From: Eledone cirrhosa
Lineage: Eukaryota
Reading direction: 5' to 3'
DNA length: 64,000 bases
Assembly: GCA_964016885.1 (NCBI GenBank)
Contig: OZ024741.1
Span: 225,246,001-225,310,000 of the forward strand
Within the stretch, counting starts at the first letter, position 1; each line of letters starts with the position of its first letter. The notes under the pieces are model-generated. The model made no database searches, was not told the DNA's origin, and saw only the letters and a list, made by a program, of their open reading frames with translations. Shown here piece by piece: positions 12,502-26,301 of the stretch. Both the position numbers and the translations under genes were made by a program.

Positions 12502-14618
12502 ATGATTATGAATATCAAATTCAAAAAGAGGAGGAACAATAAACTCCAGAATTACATAAATACATTCTTTAAAAAGCTGCGAACCACCAACGGAATTATT
12601 GTCGAAGTGGACAAACCTCAAATGTGTATACGATGGATGTTAATACATACAATAGCTTCATACGGAAGGAATTACATAGCAAATACAAAAAAACTAATGA
12701 GGCGGCACTGATAAACATCAACAACGAGGCACACAATATAGTCAAACACCTAGGAATAGAGGACAGAACGGAGCCACTTAGGCCATGTACCCCCACATTT
12801 AATCTCAAGGACCACAGAAAGGACCACAAGATAAACCTTGATTATAACCCCACAATTAGACTTATATGCCCGTCCAAATCGGACATCGGGAAAATTAGTA
12901 AACATATATTAGACAGAGTGATAGCACAAATGAAGAATAAACTAGTGATTAAACTATGGGGTAACTCTACCGAAACAATTAAGTGGTTTAACAATATAGC
13001 TAACAAAAAAGTATCTAAATTTATACAATTTGACATTAACGACTATATCCCCCCAACACCTTGGATAAAGCCTTAGCATTCGCCAAAGCCAATTCTGACC
13101 TAACAGATGACGAGATAAAATTCATATTAGCTGCTAGGAAAACAATAATTAAATTTGAAAACGCCTATTGGGAACGTAAGGATAGATTAAATAACTTTGA
13201 CATTATGATGGGGGCTAACGACTCGGCTCAAGTCACAGATTTAGTAGGTATTTACATAGCCCATAGTTTACAAAGTGAGTTTAGTGACCTTCACGGTGGA
13301 ATCTACAGAAACGACGCCCTTCTCCTAGTTAAGAACCTAAATAACCAGACCATAGAAAGACTGTAAGAATATTAGAAAGACTCTCGGTAAACTAGGCCTT
13401 AGCATAACGTATGAGTATAGCACTAAAACAGTTAACTTTCTAGACGCGACGCTTAACCTAAATACGGGACTTATAAGACCTTTTCAAAAGATTAATGAAA
13501 ACTTAGCATTCATCAACTGTAACTCAAACCACCCACTATCCATAATTAAATCCATTCCACGCAGCATATCCCTTAGGATCTCCCGCCTCTCGCCTAACCG
13601 ACAAATCTTCGAAGAACATGCAGAATACTACAATACCGCATTAGACAAGGCAGGCCACTTAGATAGAGTAGAATATATAGATGAAAGCCTCCGTAAAGCG
13701 CACACGAACACGCATAACACAAACTCCGGTAACACACGCACACACGCACTTACGCATAGAACTACAAAGTATACGGTAAATAGAAATACAACATCGAAAT
13801 CAAACAAGTCACGCAGTAGAAAATATATTTGGTATAACCCCATATTTAACACCTCTATTAGTACTAACCTATCCTCTACCTTCTTTAGAATAATAAATAA
13901 GCACTTTCCAGATTCACATAGATACAGCAAAATCCTTAACACTAATTCTATTAGACTATCTTACTCCACGGCACCAAACATAGAGGCACACATTAAGATG
14001 CTTAACGCTAAAAAGATACGTAACAACACCCGAACACAAATTTACAACAATAACAATACAATCACCATTGAACACAACAGAATATCTAATACTCAACCAC
14101 CCACTAATAGGCAAACAAAACGTAACACACTTGTACAGGCATCGCAGCCCACGAATAATGCCAAAGTTGCCCATGACAAGAATTGTAACTGCCACCTACC
14201 CGAAACCTGTCCATTACATAATGAATGTATGCAGTGTAACCTGGTTTACCAATGCATAGTGGAATCAGACAACCAGAAATGGTATTACATCGGAGCGACT
14301 GGGAATACATTTAAAGCTCGTTGGTATACACACCGTTACGCAATGAAACATTCTCAGCATCGTTATGTAACTACCCCTGCAAACAAGACCTGGCAACTGA
14401 GGGAAAGTAACCATCAATACACACTGAAGTGGAAAAAATTATCGAACTCTCCCCCATATCGGAGCGGTATTTGAAGCTGTCGATTATGCGACCTTGAGCT
14501 GTTCCACATCTTGAGTTCGAAGAATAAGTTACTCAACAATAAAGTCGAAAGATCAATTTATTGTAACCATAGACTCAAAGAGAAGTTTTCGCACTACAAG
14601 TGCAAATCGAACCCTTAA
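12502..14618 (+). pseudogene. Disrupted RT/GIY-YIG polyprotein ORF of the PLE
   Basis: Frameshift near 13060, stops at 13364 and 14472, and catalytic YRDD changed to YRND. Confidence 0.85.
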
Positions 14619-14873
14619 CCTCTTACTACCAACTGACAAACTTCATATACTTAAACTTTATACCCTCTTGTTGTATCTAAACCCTTTTAATTACCCACAA
14701 AAACCAATACCTATATCCCCCCTTCTCCTTCATTCCTCTTCTATTTCTTCGTTTTCTTCCTTCCCTTTTTGGCTATCTTTTCTTTTCTTCTTTCTCCCCC
14801 CTTCTTTGCTTTTATTTTTGTCATTATTATCTTTATCTTTATTTGTTATATATATATTTATCTCTTTATATCT

Positions 14874-14917
<44 letters not shown>

Positions 14918-15180
14918 ATCCCTCCCACTATGATCAATTTAATTCTCTTTAACTCACTACATTCCACGACATGAAGTCTACATATCAAAACTGATCAAGG
15001 AATCCTTCCACCTCTACCCCTCCCTCCATCTCAGTTTGTCACTCTACTTCCTAACTCTTCACCCCCTTCCTCTCTCTCTATACTATTCCGTTTGTCCCCT
15101 CTCCTTCTGATTCCTCTCTCTCTATACTAGTAAATACAATTCCAAATAAATGTTTTTTCTCTATTTCAAGAGTAACTTAC

Positions 15181-15282
15181 TATTTTGAAAAATTGGACTG
15201 TGAACAACAATTATAATTGAATGGCTGCTATTTGCAGTATAGCAATATAAGGTTGCACTTACCAATGAAACGGTCGTAAATA
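15181..15282 (+). ncRNA. U3:A8 hammerhead with extended stem II in the 3' end of the PLE
   Basis: tatt-TTGAAAA-attgg-(65 nt)-ccaat-GAAAC-ggtc-GTA-aata, 50 nt before the (TA)n. Confidence 0.7.
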
Positions 15283-15329
15283 CCTGGATAAAATCCTTCT
15301 CTTAATGCTTACCTGTGTTTTTTCTTTTA

Positions 15330-15381
<52 letters not shown>

Positions 15382-15577
15382 ACAGGGAGAAAGAGACGAT
15401 TATTATGAAGAAAAATATATTTTTGTTCCCTTTTTTAAATTTCTCTCTCTCTTTTTTCTGGGTTAGAAAATGATTAAAACGAAATGTTTTACTTTGTGTG
15501 AAGTGTTAAGGAATTAGTTGTTTTATTTATTATTTAACAATGACATTTATTGATCTATTTATATATTTAAAAATTGT

Positions 15578-15619
15578 CTATTACCGGTTTCAGCATTTTT
15601 ATGCATTATCAAATGATAG
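15578..15619 (-). ncRNA. Minimal U3:A8 hammerhead motif
   Basis: at-TTGATAA-t-gcat-aaaa-atgc-t-GAAAC-cg-GTA-at. Stem I is short and imperfect. Confidence 0.6.
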
Positions 15620-16019
15620 TGATATGTATTAGTGTGGTGTCGCACATGTTAAAGAAATGGTGCAGAAAGAATAATGTTACAAGGTTTATGAAGTGAAAAG
15701 TAAAAAGAAAAAAGAAAAAAAACGGGCGTGATGTAGAGCATAAAAAGTCAATGTGAAAGAAAAAAGAATGTTATTTACAGGCATAGTTCTTGAAGTTAAG
15801 CAGATCAAAATGTGTTAATATAGCAAGAGTGCTTAGTTGATCCGTGATTCCATGATGGAGGCAAATGGTGGACTGAGGTTTGATATGATTTACCTTGTTA
15901 GAGAGTTAATAGGCAGAGGGAGGCAACTCTTGGTGGATAATATTTAATTTATTTAAGAAAACGGATTTTATTATTATATATATTATTATTATTATTATTA
16001 TTATTATAATTATATATAT

Positions 16020-16053
<34 letters not shown>

Positions 16054-16308
16054 ATAAAATCCTTTTTCTTAAATAAATTAAATATCATCCAGCAAGAATT
16101 GCCTCCCCCTGCCTATTAACTCTTTCGAAAAACGTTGCAGCCGAAGGAAAACAGGAAGACGATACTTTGCTTCGTGAAGACGTTCTCTGGCAATTAACAG
16201 AATAAAACGAACATAATACGCCGTTTATCGGCTCGATTTGTAAAAAGTTAATTTTCAGGGTTAACGAAACGTACGTACCTGGTATGGCGCCGTTTTAGAA
16301 AGATGCCT

Positions 16309-16501
16309 TAATAATTGTTTCTACTATTGGCACAAGGCCAGAAAATTACCCAGTACATTACTGGTACTTTATTTTATCGACCCCGTAAGGATGAAAGGCA
16401 AAGTTAACCTCGGCGGGATTTGAACTCAGAATGGCAAGGGCCGTAACTCTATGCGTCAAAGCATGGCGTCCGAACCTCTACCGATACTGCCAATCCACCG
16501 C
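16309..16501 (-). mobile_element. tRNA-derived SINE, full length
   Basis: Reverse complement of the 4095-4278 family, with A and B boxes. Confidence 0.9.
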
Positions 16502-16651
16502 AATAATGATATATATGTATATATGTGTGTTTGGCGCCACGTTCGATATTTTACATCTCTCTTTCTCTCTCTCACTCTCTCTAATTCTATTTTTATTTTT
16601 CTCGGTATGCAAATGAGGCTACTCAGCCGATGTATACTTCAGAAAATCCTG

Positions 16652-16723
<72 letters not shown>

Positions 16724-17419
16724 AATGCATGTGCCTGTGCACGTGTCTCTACATATATATATATATATATGTACGTGGTATATATATAAACGTGTGTCTA
16801 TGGTATGCAGGCATCAATGCACTTATGCATTTATATTAATATCTGTACTAATTAGAATGATTATAATCATACTTGTCTATGACACCCTTGATTAAACTTT
16901 GCCACGATGGCGATATCTTCATCTATTTACCTGCGCAACACCCAACGCCGGACACCTGTACCCACACACCTATTCTTCCGATGCACGTTCGATTAATATC
17001 AAGGTGTGTCCTTAACTGATTGCTTTCTCAAGATGATTTTGTTGTTTTTGTTTCCATTTTCGCCTTGGAATTTGCCAGAAGTTTATTTCGGTTGCAATAT
17101 GCTGTTGTTTTGTGGTGTATAACGAAACATTCTAAATACAGTAACAGGGTCAACATGCAAATTAAGCAAATTTTCAACGATGGTGGCGGCGGGGAGGGGG
17201 GGGGGGCAGGGGTTGGTAGTGGCAGCAACAGCAGCAGTGGTAACGGTGGCAGTGGCAGAAGTCGCGGCGACGGCGGCGACGGGGCGGCAGTGGTGTTAGA
17301 GGTGGCAGCTTCAACGATGGTGGCGGGAGGGAGGGGTTGGTAGTGGAAGCAGCAGCAGCAGTGGTAACGGTGGCAGTGGCAGAAGTCGCGGCGGCGGCGG
17401 CGACGGGGCGGCAGTGGTG

Positions 17420-19430
17420 TTAGAGGTGGCAGCGATGGCAGCGATGGCAGCGATGGCAGTGGCAGAGGCGGCTGGGCCGCGGTGTTAATGGTGGCAGTGA
17501 TGGTAGTGATGACAACGATGGTAGCGATGGAGGCGGAGGCAGCGATGGCAGTGGTGGAAGTGATGGTAGTGGTGTTAATGGGGGCAGCGATGGTAGTGGT
17601 GGTAGCGATGGTAGTGGTGTTAATGGGGGCAGCGATGGTAGTGGTGGTAGCGATGGTAGTGGTGGCAGCGATGGTAGTGGTGGCAGCGATGGTAGTGGTG
17701 GCAGCGATGGTAGCGATGGTAGTGGTGGTAGCGATGGTAGTGGTGGCAGTGATGGTAGTGGTGGCAGCGATGGTAGTGGTGGCAGCGATGGTAGTGGTGG
17801 CAGTGATGGTAGTGGTGGTAGCGATGGTAGTGGTGGCAGTGATGGTAGTGGTGGCAGTGATGGTAGTGGTGGCAGTGATGGTAGTGGTGGCAGCGATGGT
17901 AGTGGTGGCAGTGATGGTAGTGGTGGTAGCGATGGTAGTGGTGGCAGTGATGGTAGTGGTGGCAGCGATGGTAGTGGTGTTAATGGGGGCAGCAATGGTA
18001 GTGGTGGCAGTGATGGTAGTGGTGGTAGCGATGGTAGTGGTGGTAGCGATGGTAGTGGTGGCAGCGATGGTAGTGGTGGCAGTGATGGTAGTGGTGGCAG
18101 TGATGGTAGTGGTGGCAGTGATGGTAGTGGTGGCAGCGATGGTAGTGGTGGCAGTGATGGTAGTGGTGTTAATGGGGGCAGCGATGGTAGTGGTGGCAGT
18201 GATGGTAGTGGTGGCAGTGATGGTAGTGGTGGCAGCGATGGTAGTGGTGGCAGTGATGGTAGTGGTGGCAGCGATGGTAGTGGTGGTAGCGATGGTAGTG
18301 GTGGCAGTGATGGTAGTGGTGGTAGCGATGGTAGTGGTGGCAGTGATGGTAGTGGTGGTAGTGATGGTAGTGGTGGCAGTGATGGTAGTGGTGGCAGTGA
18401 TGGTAGTGGTGGTAGCGATGGTAGTGGTGGCAGTGATGGTAGTGGTGGCAGTGATGGTAGTGGTGGTAGCGATGGTAGTGGTGGCAGTGATGGTAGTGGT
18501 GGTAGTGATGGTAGTGGTGGCAGTGATGGTAGTGGTGGTAGCGATGGTAGTGGTGGCAGCGATGGTAGTGGTGGCAGCGATGGTAGTGGTGGCAGTGATG
18601 GTAGTGGTGGTAGCGATGGTAGTGGTGGCAGTGATGGTAGTGGTGGCAGTGATGGTAGTGGTGGCAGTGATGGTAGTGGTGGCAGCGATGGTAGTGGTGG
18701 TAGCGATGGTAGTGGTGGCAGTGATGGTAGTGGTGGCAGCGATGGTAGTGGTGGCAGTGATGGTAGTGGTGGCAGTGATGGTAGTGGTGGTAGCGATGGT
18801 AGTGGTGGTAGCGATGGTAGTGGTGGCAGTGATGGTAGTGGTGGCAGTGATGGTAGTGGTGGTAGCGATGGTAGTGGTGGTAGCGATGGTAGTGGTGGCA
18901 GTGATGGTAGTGGTGGCAGTGATGGTAGTGGTGGCAGCGATGGTAGTGGTGGCAGTGATGGTAGTGGTGGCAGTGATGGTAGTGGTGGCAGTGATGGTAG
19001 TGGTGGCAGTGATGGTAGTGGTGGTAGCGATGGTAGTGGTGGCAGTGATGGTAGTGGTGGCAGTGATGGTAGTGGTGGCAGTGATGGTAGTGGTGGTAGC
19101 GATGGTAGTGGTGGCAGTGATGGTAGTGGTGGCAGTGATGGTAGTGGTGGTAGCGATGGTAGTGGTGGCAGTGATGGTAGTGGTGGCAGTGATGGTAGTG
19201 GTGGCAGTGATGGTAGTGGTGGTAGCGATGGCAGCGATGGTAGTGGTGGAAGCGATGGCAGCGATGGTAGTGGTGGTAGCGATGGCAGCGATGGTAGTGG
19301 TGGTAGCGATGGTAGTGGTGGCAGTGATGGTAGTGGTGGCAGCGATGGTAGTGGTGGCAGTGATGGTAGTGGTGGTAGCGATGGCAGCGATGGTAGTGGT
19401 GGCTGCGATGGTAGCAGAGGCAGTGGTGGC
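17420..19430. repeat. 18-bp G-rich minisatellite (GATGGTAGTGGTGGCAGT variants)
   Basis: About 100 tandem units, producing the PSLPPL and VMVVVA ORFs. Confidence 0.97.
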
Positions 19431-19639
19431 ATTTGTAGGTGTTTGTGTTGCTGGTGATGGTGGTGGTTGCGGTTGTGGTGTTTGGGGTGCTGGTGATGAT
19501 GGCGGTGGTGGTGATAGGGAAGTGGTGGTGGTGGTGGTTGTGGTGTTTGGGTGGTGGGATGGTGAGGGTTGTGGTGGTGGTGGGGTTAATGGATGTAGTG
19601 ATTATGCGGTGGATGTTGGAATATTTTTCGAATATATTT

Positions 19640-21611
19640 TTGTTGCTATTACCGTTGCAGCTGTTGTTGCTGTTGCTGCTGTTGTAGCTAGTGCTACTGT
19701 TGTTGTTATTGCTGTTGTTGTTGTTGTTGTTGTTGCTAGTGCTACTGTTGTTGTTATTGCTGTTGTTGTTGTTGTTGTTGCTAGTGCTACTGTTGTTGTT
19801 ATTGCTGTTGTTGTTGTTGTTGCTAGTGCTACTGTTGTTGTTATTGCTGTTGTTGTTGTTGCTAGTGCTACTGTTGTTGTTATTGCTGTTGTTGTTGTTG
19901 TTGTTGCTAGTGCTACTGTTGTTGTTATTGCTGTTGTTGTTGTTGTTGTTGTTGCTAGTGCTACTGTTGTTGTTATTGCTGTTGTTGTTGTTGTTGTAGC
20001 TAGTGCTACTGTTGTTGTTATTGCTGTTGTTGTTGTTGCTAGTGCTACTGTTGTTGTTATTGCTGTTGTTGTTGTTGTTGTTGCTAGTGCTACTGTTGTT
20101 GTTATTGCTGTTGTTGTTGTTGTTGTTGCTAGTGCTACTGTTGTTGTTATTGCTGTTGTTGTTGTTGTAGCTAGTGCTACTGTTGTTGTTATTGCTGTTG
20201 TTGTTGTTGTTGTTGTTGCTAGTGCTACTGTTGTTGTTATTGCTGTTGTTGTTGTTGTTGTTGCTAGTGCTACTGTTGTTGTTATTGCTGTTGTTGTTGT
20301 TGTTGTTGCTAGTGCTACTGTTGTTGTTATTGCTGTTGTTGTTGTTGTTGTTTCTAGTGCTACAGTGGTTGTTATTGCTGTTGTTGTTGTTGCTAGTGCT
20401 ACTGTTGTTGTTATTGCTGTTGTTGTTGTTGTTGTTGCTAGTGCTACTGTTGTTGTTATTGCTGTTGTTGTTGTTGCTAGTGCTACTGTTGTTGTTATTG
20501 CTGTTGTTGTTGAGGTTGTTGCTAGTGCTACTGTTGTTGTTATTGCTGTTGTTGTTGTTGTTGTTGCTAGTGCTACTGTTGTTGTTATTGCTGTTGTTGT
20601 TGTTGTTGTTGTTGCTAGTGCTACTGTTGTTGTTATTGCTGTTGTTGTTGTTGTTGTTGTTGCTAGTGCTACTGTTGTTGTTATTGCTGTTGTTGTTGTT
20701 GCTAGTGCTACTGTTGTTGTTATTGCTGTTGTTGTTGTTGTTGTTGCTAGTGCTACTGTTGTTGTTATTGCTGTTGTTGTTGTTGCTAGTGCTACTGTTG
20801 TTGTTATTGCTGTTGTTGTTGTTGTTGTTGCTAGTGCTACTGTTGTTGTTATTGCTGTTGTTGTTGTTGTTGTTGCTAGTGCCACTGTTGTTGTTATTGC
20901 TGTTGTTGTTGTTGTTGTTGTTGCTAGTGCTACTGTTGTTGTTATTGCTGTTGTTGTTGTTGTTGTTGCTAGTACTACTGTTGTTGTTATTGCTGTTGTT
21001 GTTGTTGTTGTTGTTGCTAGTGCTACTGTTGTTGTTATTGCTGTTGTTGTTGTTGTTGTTGCTAGTGCTACTGTTGTTGTTATTGCTGTTGTTGTTGTTG
21101 TTGTTGCTAGTGCTACTGTTGTTGTTATTGCTGTTGTTGTTGCTAGTGCTACTGTTGTTGTTATTGCTGTTGTTGTTGTTGTTGTTGCTAGTGCTACTGT
21201 TGTTGTTATTGCTGTTGTTGTTGTTGTTGTTGCTAGTGCTACTGTTGTTGTTATTGCTGTTGTTGTTGTTGTTGTTGCTAGTGCTACTGTTGTTGTTATT
21301 GTTGTTGTTGTTGTTGTTGTTGTTGCTAGTGCTACTGTTGTTGTTATTGCTGTTGTTGTTGTTGTTGTTGCTAGTGCTACTGTTGTTGTTATTGCTGTTG
21401 TTGTTGTTGCTAGTGCTACTGTTGTTGTTATTGCTGTTGTTGTTGTTGTTGTTGCTAGTGCTACTGTTGTTGTTATTGTTGTTGTTGTTGTTGCTAGTGC
21501 TACTGTTGTTGTTATTGCTGTTGTTGTTGTTGTTGTTGTTGCTAGTGCTACTGTTGTTGTTATTGCTGTTGTTGTTGTTGTTGTGGTGTTGCTAGTGCTA
21601 CTGTTGTTGTT

Positions 21612-21644
<33 letters not shown>

Positions 21645-23689
21645 GATAGTGCTACTGTTGTTGTTATTGTTGTTGTTGTTGTTGTTGCTAGAGCTACGGT
21701 TGTTGTTGTTATTGCTGTTGTTGTTGTTGTTAGTGCTACTGTTGTTGTTATTGCTGTTGTTGTTGTTCCTAGTGCTACTGTTGGTGTTATTGCTGTTGTT
21801 GTTGTTGCTAGTGCTACTGTAGTTGTTATTGCTGTTGTTGTTGTTGTTGCTAGTGCTACTGTTGTTGTTATTGCTGTTGTTGTTGTTGCTAGTGCTACTG
21901 TTGTTGTTGTTGCTGTTGTTGTTGCTAGTGCTACTGTTGTTGTTATTGCTGTTGTTGTTATTGCTGTTGTTGTTGTTGCTAGTGCTACTGTTGTTGTTAT
22001 TGCTGTTGTTGTTGCTAGTGCTTCTGTTGTTGTTATTGCTGTTGTTGTTGTTGCTAGTGCTACTGTTGTTCTTATTGCTGTTGTTGTTGTTGCTAGTGCT
22101 ACTGTTGTTGTTATTGCTGTTGTTGTTGTTGTTGCTAGTGCTACTGTTGTTGTTATTGCTGTTGTTGTTGTTGTTGTAGCTAGTGCTACTGTTGTTGTTA
22201 TTGCTGTTGTTGTTGTTGTTTCTAGTGCTAGAGTGGCTGTTATTGCTGTTGTTGTAGCTAGGGCTACTGTTGTTGTTGTTGTTGTTTCTAGTGCTACTGT
22301 TGTTGTTATTGCTGTTGTTTGTGTTGTTGCTAGTGCTACTGTTGTTGTTGTTGTTGCTGTTGTTGTTGCTAGTGCTACTGTTGTTGTTATTGCTGTTGTT
22401 GTTGTTGCTAGTGCTACTGTTGTTGTTATTGCTGTTGTTGTTGTTGCTAGTGCTACTGTTGTTGTTATTGCTGTTGTTGTTGTTGTTGCTAGTGCTACTG
22501 TTGTTCTTATTGCTGTTGTTGTTGTTGCTAGTGCTACTGTTGTTGTTATTGCTGTTGTTGTTGTTGTTGCTAGTGCTACTGTTGTTGTTATTGCTGTTGT
22601 TGTTGTTGTTGCTAGTGCTACTGTTGTTGTTATTGCTGTTGTTGTTGTTGTTGCTAGTGCTACTGTTGTTGTTATTGCTGTTGTTGTTGTTGCTAGTGCT
22701 ACTCTTGTTGTTATTGCTGTTGTTGTTGTTGTTGCTAGTGCTACTGTTGTTGTTATTGCTGTTGTTGTTGTTGTTGCTAGTGCTACTGTTGTTGTTATTG
22801 CTGTTGATGTTGTTGCTAGTGCTACTGTTGTTGTTAATGCTGTTGTTGTTGTTGTTAGTGCTACTGTTGTTGTTATTGCTGTTGTTGTTGTTGCTAGTGC
22901 TACTGTTGTTGTTATTGCTGTTGTTGTTATTGCTGTTGTTGTTGTTGCTAGTGCTACTGTTGTTGTTATTGCTGTTGTTGTTGTTGCTAGTGCTACTGTT
23001 GTTGTTATTGTTGTTGTTGTTGCTAGTGCTACTGTTGTTGTTATTGCTGTTGTTGTTGTTGCTAGTGCTACTGTTGTTGTTATTGCTGTTGTTGTTGTTG
23101 CTAGTGCTACTGTTGTTGTTATTGTTGTTGTTGTTGCTAGTGCTACTGTTGTTGTTATTGTTGTTGTTGTTGCTAGTGCTACTGTTGTTGTTATTGCTGT
23201 TGTTGTTGTTGCTAGTGCTACTGTCGTTGTTATTGCTGTTGTTGTTGTTGCTAGTGCTACTGTTGTTGTTATTGCTGCTGTTGTTGTTGTTAGTGCTACT
23301 GTTGTTGATACTGCTGGTGTTGTTGTTGTTGCTAGTGCTACTGTTGTTGTTATTGCTGTTGTTGTTGTTGTTGTTGCTAGTGCTACTGTTGTTGTTATTG
23401 TTATTGCTGTTGTTGTTGTTGCTAGTGCTACTGTTGTTGTTATTGCTGTTGTTGTTGTTATTGCTGTTGTTGTTGTTGTTGTTGTTGCTAGTGCTACTCT
23501 ATTTGTTATTGCTGTTGTTGTTGTTATTGCTGTTGTTGTTGTTGTTGCTAGTGCTACTGTTGTTGCTATTGCTGTTGTTGTTATTGCTTTTGTTGTTGTT
23601 GTTGTTGCTAGTGCTACTGTTGTTGCTATTGCTGTTGTTGTTGTTATTGCTGTTGTTGTTGTTGTTGTTGTTGTTGTTGCTAGTGCTTC

Positions 23690-23741
<52 letters not shown>

Positions 23742-26270
23742 GCTAGTGCTACTGTTGTTGTTATTGCTGTTGTTGTTGTTGCTAGTGCTACTGTTGTTGT
23801 TATTGCTGTTGTGGTTGTTGTTGCTAGTGCTTCTGTTGTTGTTGTTGTTGTTGTGTTTGTTGCTAGTGCTACTGTTGTTGTTATTGCTGTTGTTGTTGTT
23901 GTTGCTACTGCTACTGTTGTGGTTATTGCTGTTGTTGTTATTGCTGTTGTTGTTGTTGCTAGTGCTACTGTTGTTCTTATTGCTGTTGTTGTTGTTGCTA
24001 GTGCTACTGTTGTTGTTATTGTTGTTGTTGTTGTTGCTAGTGCTACTGTTGTTGTTATTGCTTTTGTTGTTGGTGTTGTTGCTAGTGCTACTGTTGTTGT
24101 TATTGTTGTTGTTGTTGTTGTTGCTAGTGCTACTGTTGTTGTTATTGCTGTTGTTGTTGTTGTTGCTAGTGCTACTGTTGTTGTTATTGCTGTTGTTGTT
24201 GTTGCTAGTGCTACTGTTGTTGTTATTGCTGTTGTTGTTGTTGTTGCTAGTGCTACTGTTGTTGTTATTGTTGTTGCTGTTGTTGTTGCTAGTGCTACTG
24301 TTGTTGTTATTGCTGTTGTTGTTGCTAGTTCTACTGTTGTTGTTATTGTTGTTGTCGTTGTTGTTGCTAGTGCTACTGTTGTTGTTATTGCTGTTGTTGT
24401 TGTTGTTGTTTCTAGTGCTACAGTGGTTGTTATTGCTGTTGTTGTTGTTGCTAGTGCTACTGTTGTTGTTATTGCTGTTGTTGTTGTTGTTGTTGCTAGT
24501 GCTACTGTTGTTGTTATTGCTGTTGTTGTTGTTGCTAGTGCTACTGTTGTTGTTATTGCTGTTGTTGTTGAGGTTGTTGCTAGTGCTACTGTTGTTGTTA
24601 TTGCTGTTGTTGTTGTTGTTGTTGTTGCTAGTGCTACTGTTGTTGTTATTGCTGTTGTTGTTGTTGTTGTTGCTAGTGCTACTGTTGTTGTTATTGCTGT
24701 TGTTGTTGTTGTTGTTGCTAGTGCTACTGTTGTTGTTATTGCTGTTGTTGTTGTTGTTGTTGTAGCTAGTGCTACTGTTGTTGTTGTTGCTAGTGCTACT
24801 GTTGTTTTTATTGCTGTTGTTGTTGTTGTTGTTGCTAGTGCTACTGTTGTTGTTATTGCTGTTGTTGTTGTTGTTGTTGTTGCTAGTGCTACTGTTGTTG
24901 TTATTGCTGTTGTTGTTGTTGTAGCTAGTGCTACTGTTGTTGTTATTGCTTTTGTTGTTGTTGTTGTTGCTAGTGCTACTGTTGTTGTTATTGCTGTTGT
25001 TGTTGTTGTTGTTGCTAGTGCTACTGTTGTTGTTATTGCTGTTGTTGTTGTTGTTGTTGCTAGTGCTACTGTTGTTGTTATTGCTGTTGTTGTTGTTGTT
25101 GTTGCTAGTGCTACTGTTGTTGTTATTGCTGTTGTTGTTGTTGTTGTTGCTAGTGCTACTGTTGTTGTTATTGCTGTTGTTGTTGTTGTTGTTGCTAGTG
25201 CTACTGTTGTTGTTATTGCTGTTGTTGTTGTTGTTGTTACTAGTGCTACTGTTGTTGTTATTGCTGTTGTTGTTGTTGTTGTTTCTAGTGCTACAGTGGT
25301 TGTTATTGCTGTTGTTGTTGTTGCTAGTGCTACTGTTGTTGTTATTGCTGTTGTTGTTGTTGTTGTTGCTAGTGCTACTGTTGTTGTTATTGCTGTTGTT
25401 GTTGTTGCTAGTGCTACTGTTGTTGTTATTGCTGTTGTTGTTGTTGTTGTTGCTAGTGCTACTGTTGTTGTTATTGCTGTTGTTGTTGTTGTTTTTGCTA
25501 GTGCTACTGTTGTTGTTATTGCTGTTGTTGTTGTTGTTGTTGTTGCTAGTGCTACTGTTGTTGTTATTGCTGTTGTTGTTGTTGTTGTTGTTGCTAGTGC
25601 TACTGTTGTTGTTATTGCTGTTGTTGTTGTTGCTAGTGCTACTGTTGTTGTTATTGCTGTTGTTGTTGTTGTTGTTGCTAGTGCTACTGTTGTTGTTATT
25701 GCTGTTGTTGTTGTTGCTAGTGCTACTGTTGTTGTTATTGCTGTTGTTGTTGTTGTTGTTGCTAGTGCTACTGTTGTTGTTATTGCTGTTGTTGTTGTTG
25801 TTGTTGCTAGTGCTACTGTTGTTGTTATTGCTGTTGTTGTTGTTGTTGTTGCTAGTGCTACTGTTGTTGTTACTGCTGTTGTTGTTGTTGTTGTTGCTAG
25901 TGCTACTGTTGTTGTTATTGCTGTTGTTGTTGTTGTTGTTGCTAGTGCTACTGTTGTTGTTATTGTTGTTGTTGTTGTTGTTGTTGCTAGTGCTACTGTT
26001 GTTGTTATTGCTGTTGTTGTTGTTGTTGTTGCTAGTGCTACTGTTGTTGTTATTGCTGTTGTTGTTGTTGCTAGTGCTACTGTTGTTGTTATTGCTGTTG
26101 TTGTTGTTGTTATTGCTAGTGCTACTGTTGTTGTTATTGTTGTTGTTGTTGTTGCTAGTGCTACTGTTGTTGTTATTGCTGTTGTTGTTGTTGTTGTTGT
26201 TGCTAGTGCTACTGTTGTTGTTATTGCTGTTGTTGTTGTTGTTGTTGTTGCTAGTGCTACTGTTGTTGTT

Positions 26271-26301
<31 letters not shown>

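Larger units (their letters stand above)
12490..15332 (+). mobile_element. Decayed Penelope-like retroelement (RT plus C-terminal GIY-YIG), Hydra-clade-like, 5'-truncated, ending in (TA)n
   Basis: RT motifs IRLICPSKSDIGKISK, FIQFDINDY, FDIMMGANDSAQVTDLVGIY, GIYRNDAL and VNFLDATL. CNC..CPL..C linker, LVYQC..YIGAT..FKARWYTH and CRLCDLE. Pyrimidine-rich 3' UTR followed by an HHR. Confidence 0.88.

Noticed and set aside
14472-14474. In-frame TGA in the GIY-YIG domain as selenocysteine
   Set aside because: It aligns to a non-Cys position just before CRLC in an element with other lesions, and is most simply a nonsense mutation.
16122-16220. Similarity to 63218-63320
   Set aside because: This is an ordinary diverged dispersed repeat with no diagnostic ends.
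17420-21822. 670-aa PSLPPL and 1446-aa V-rich ORFs as extensin-like or membrane proteins
   Set aside because: The minisatellite is open in several frames on both strands, with no unique domains or gene context.
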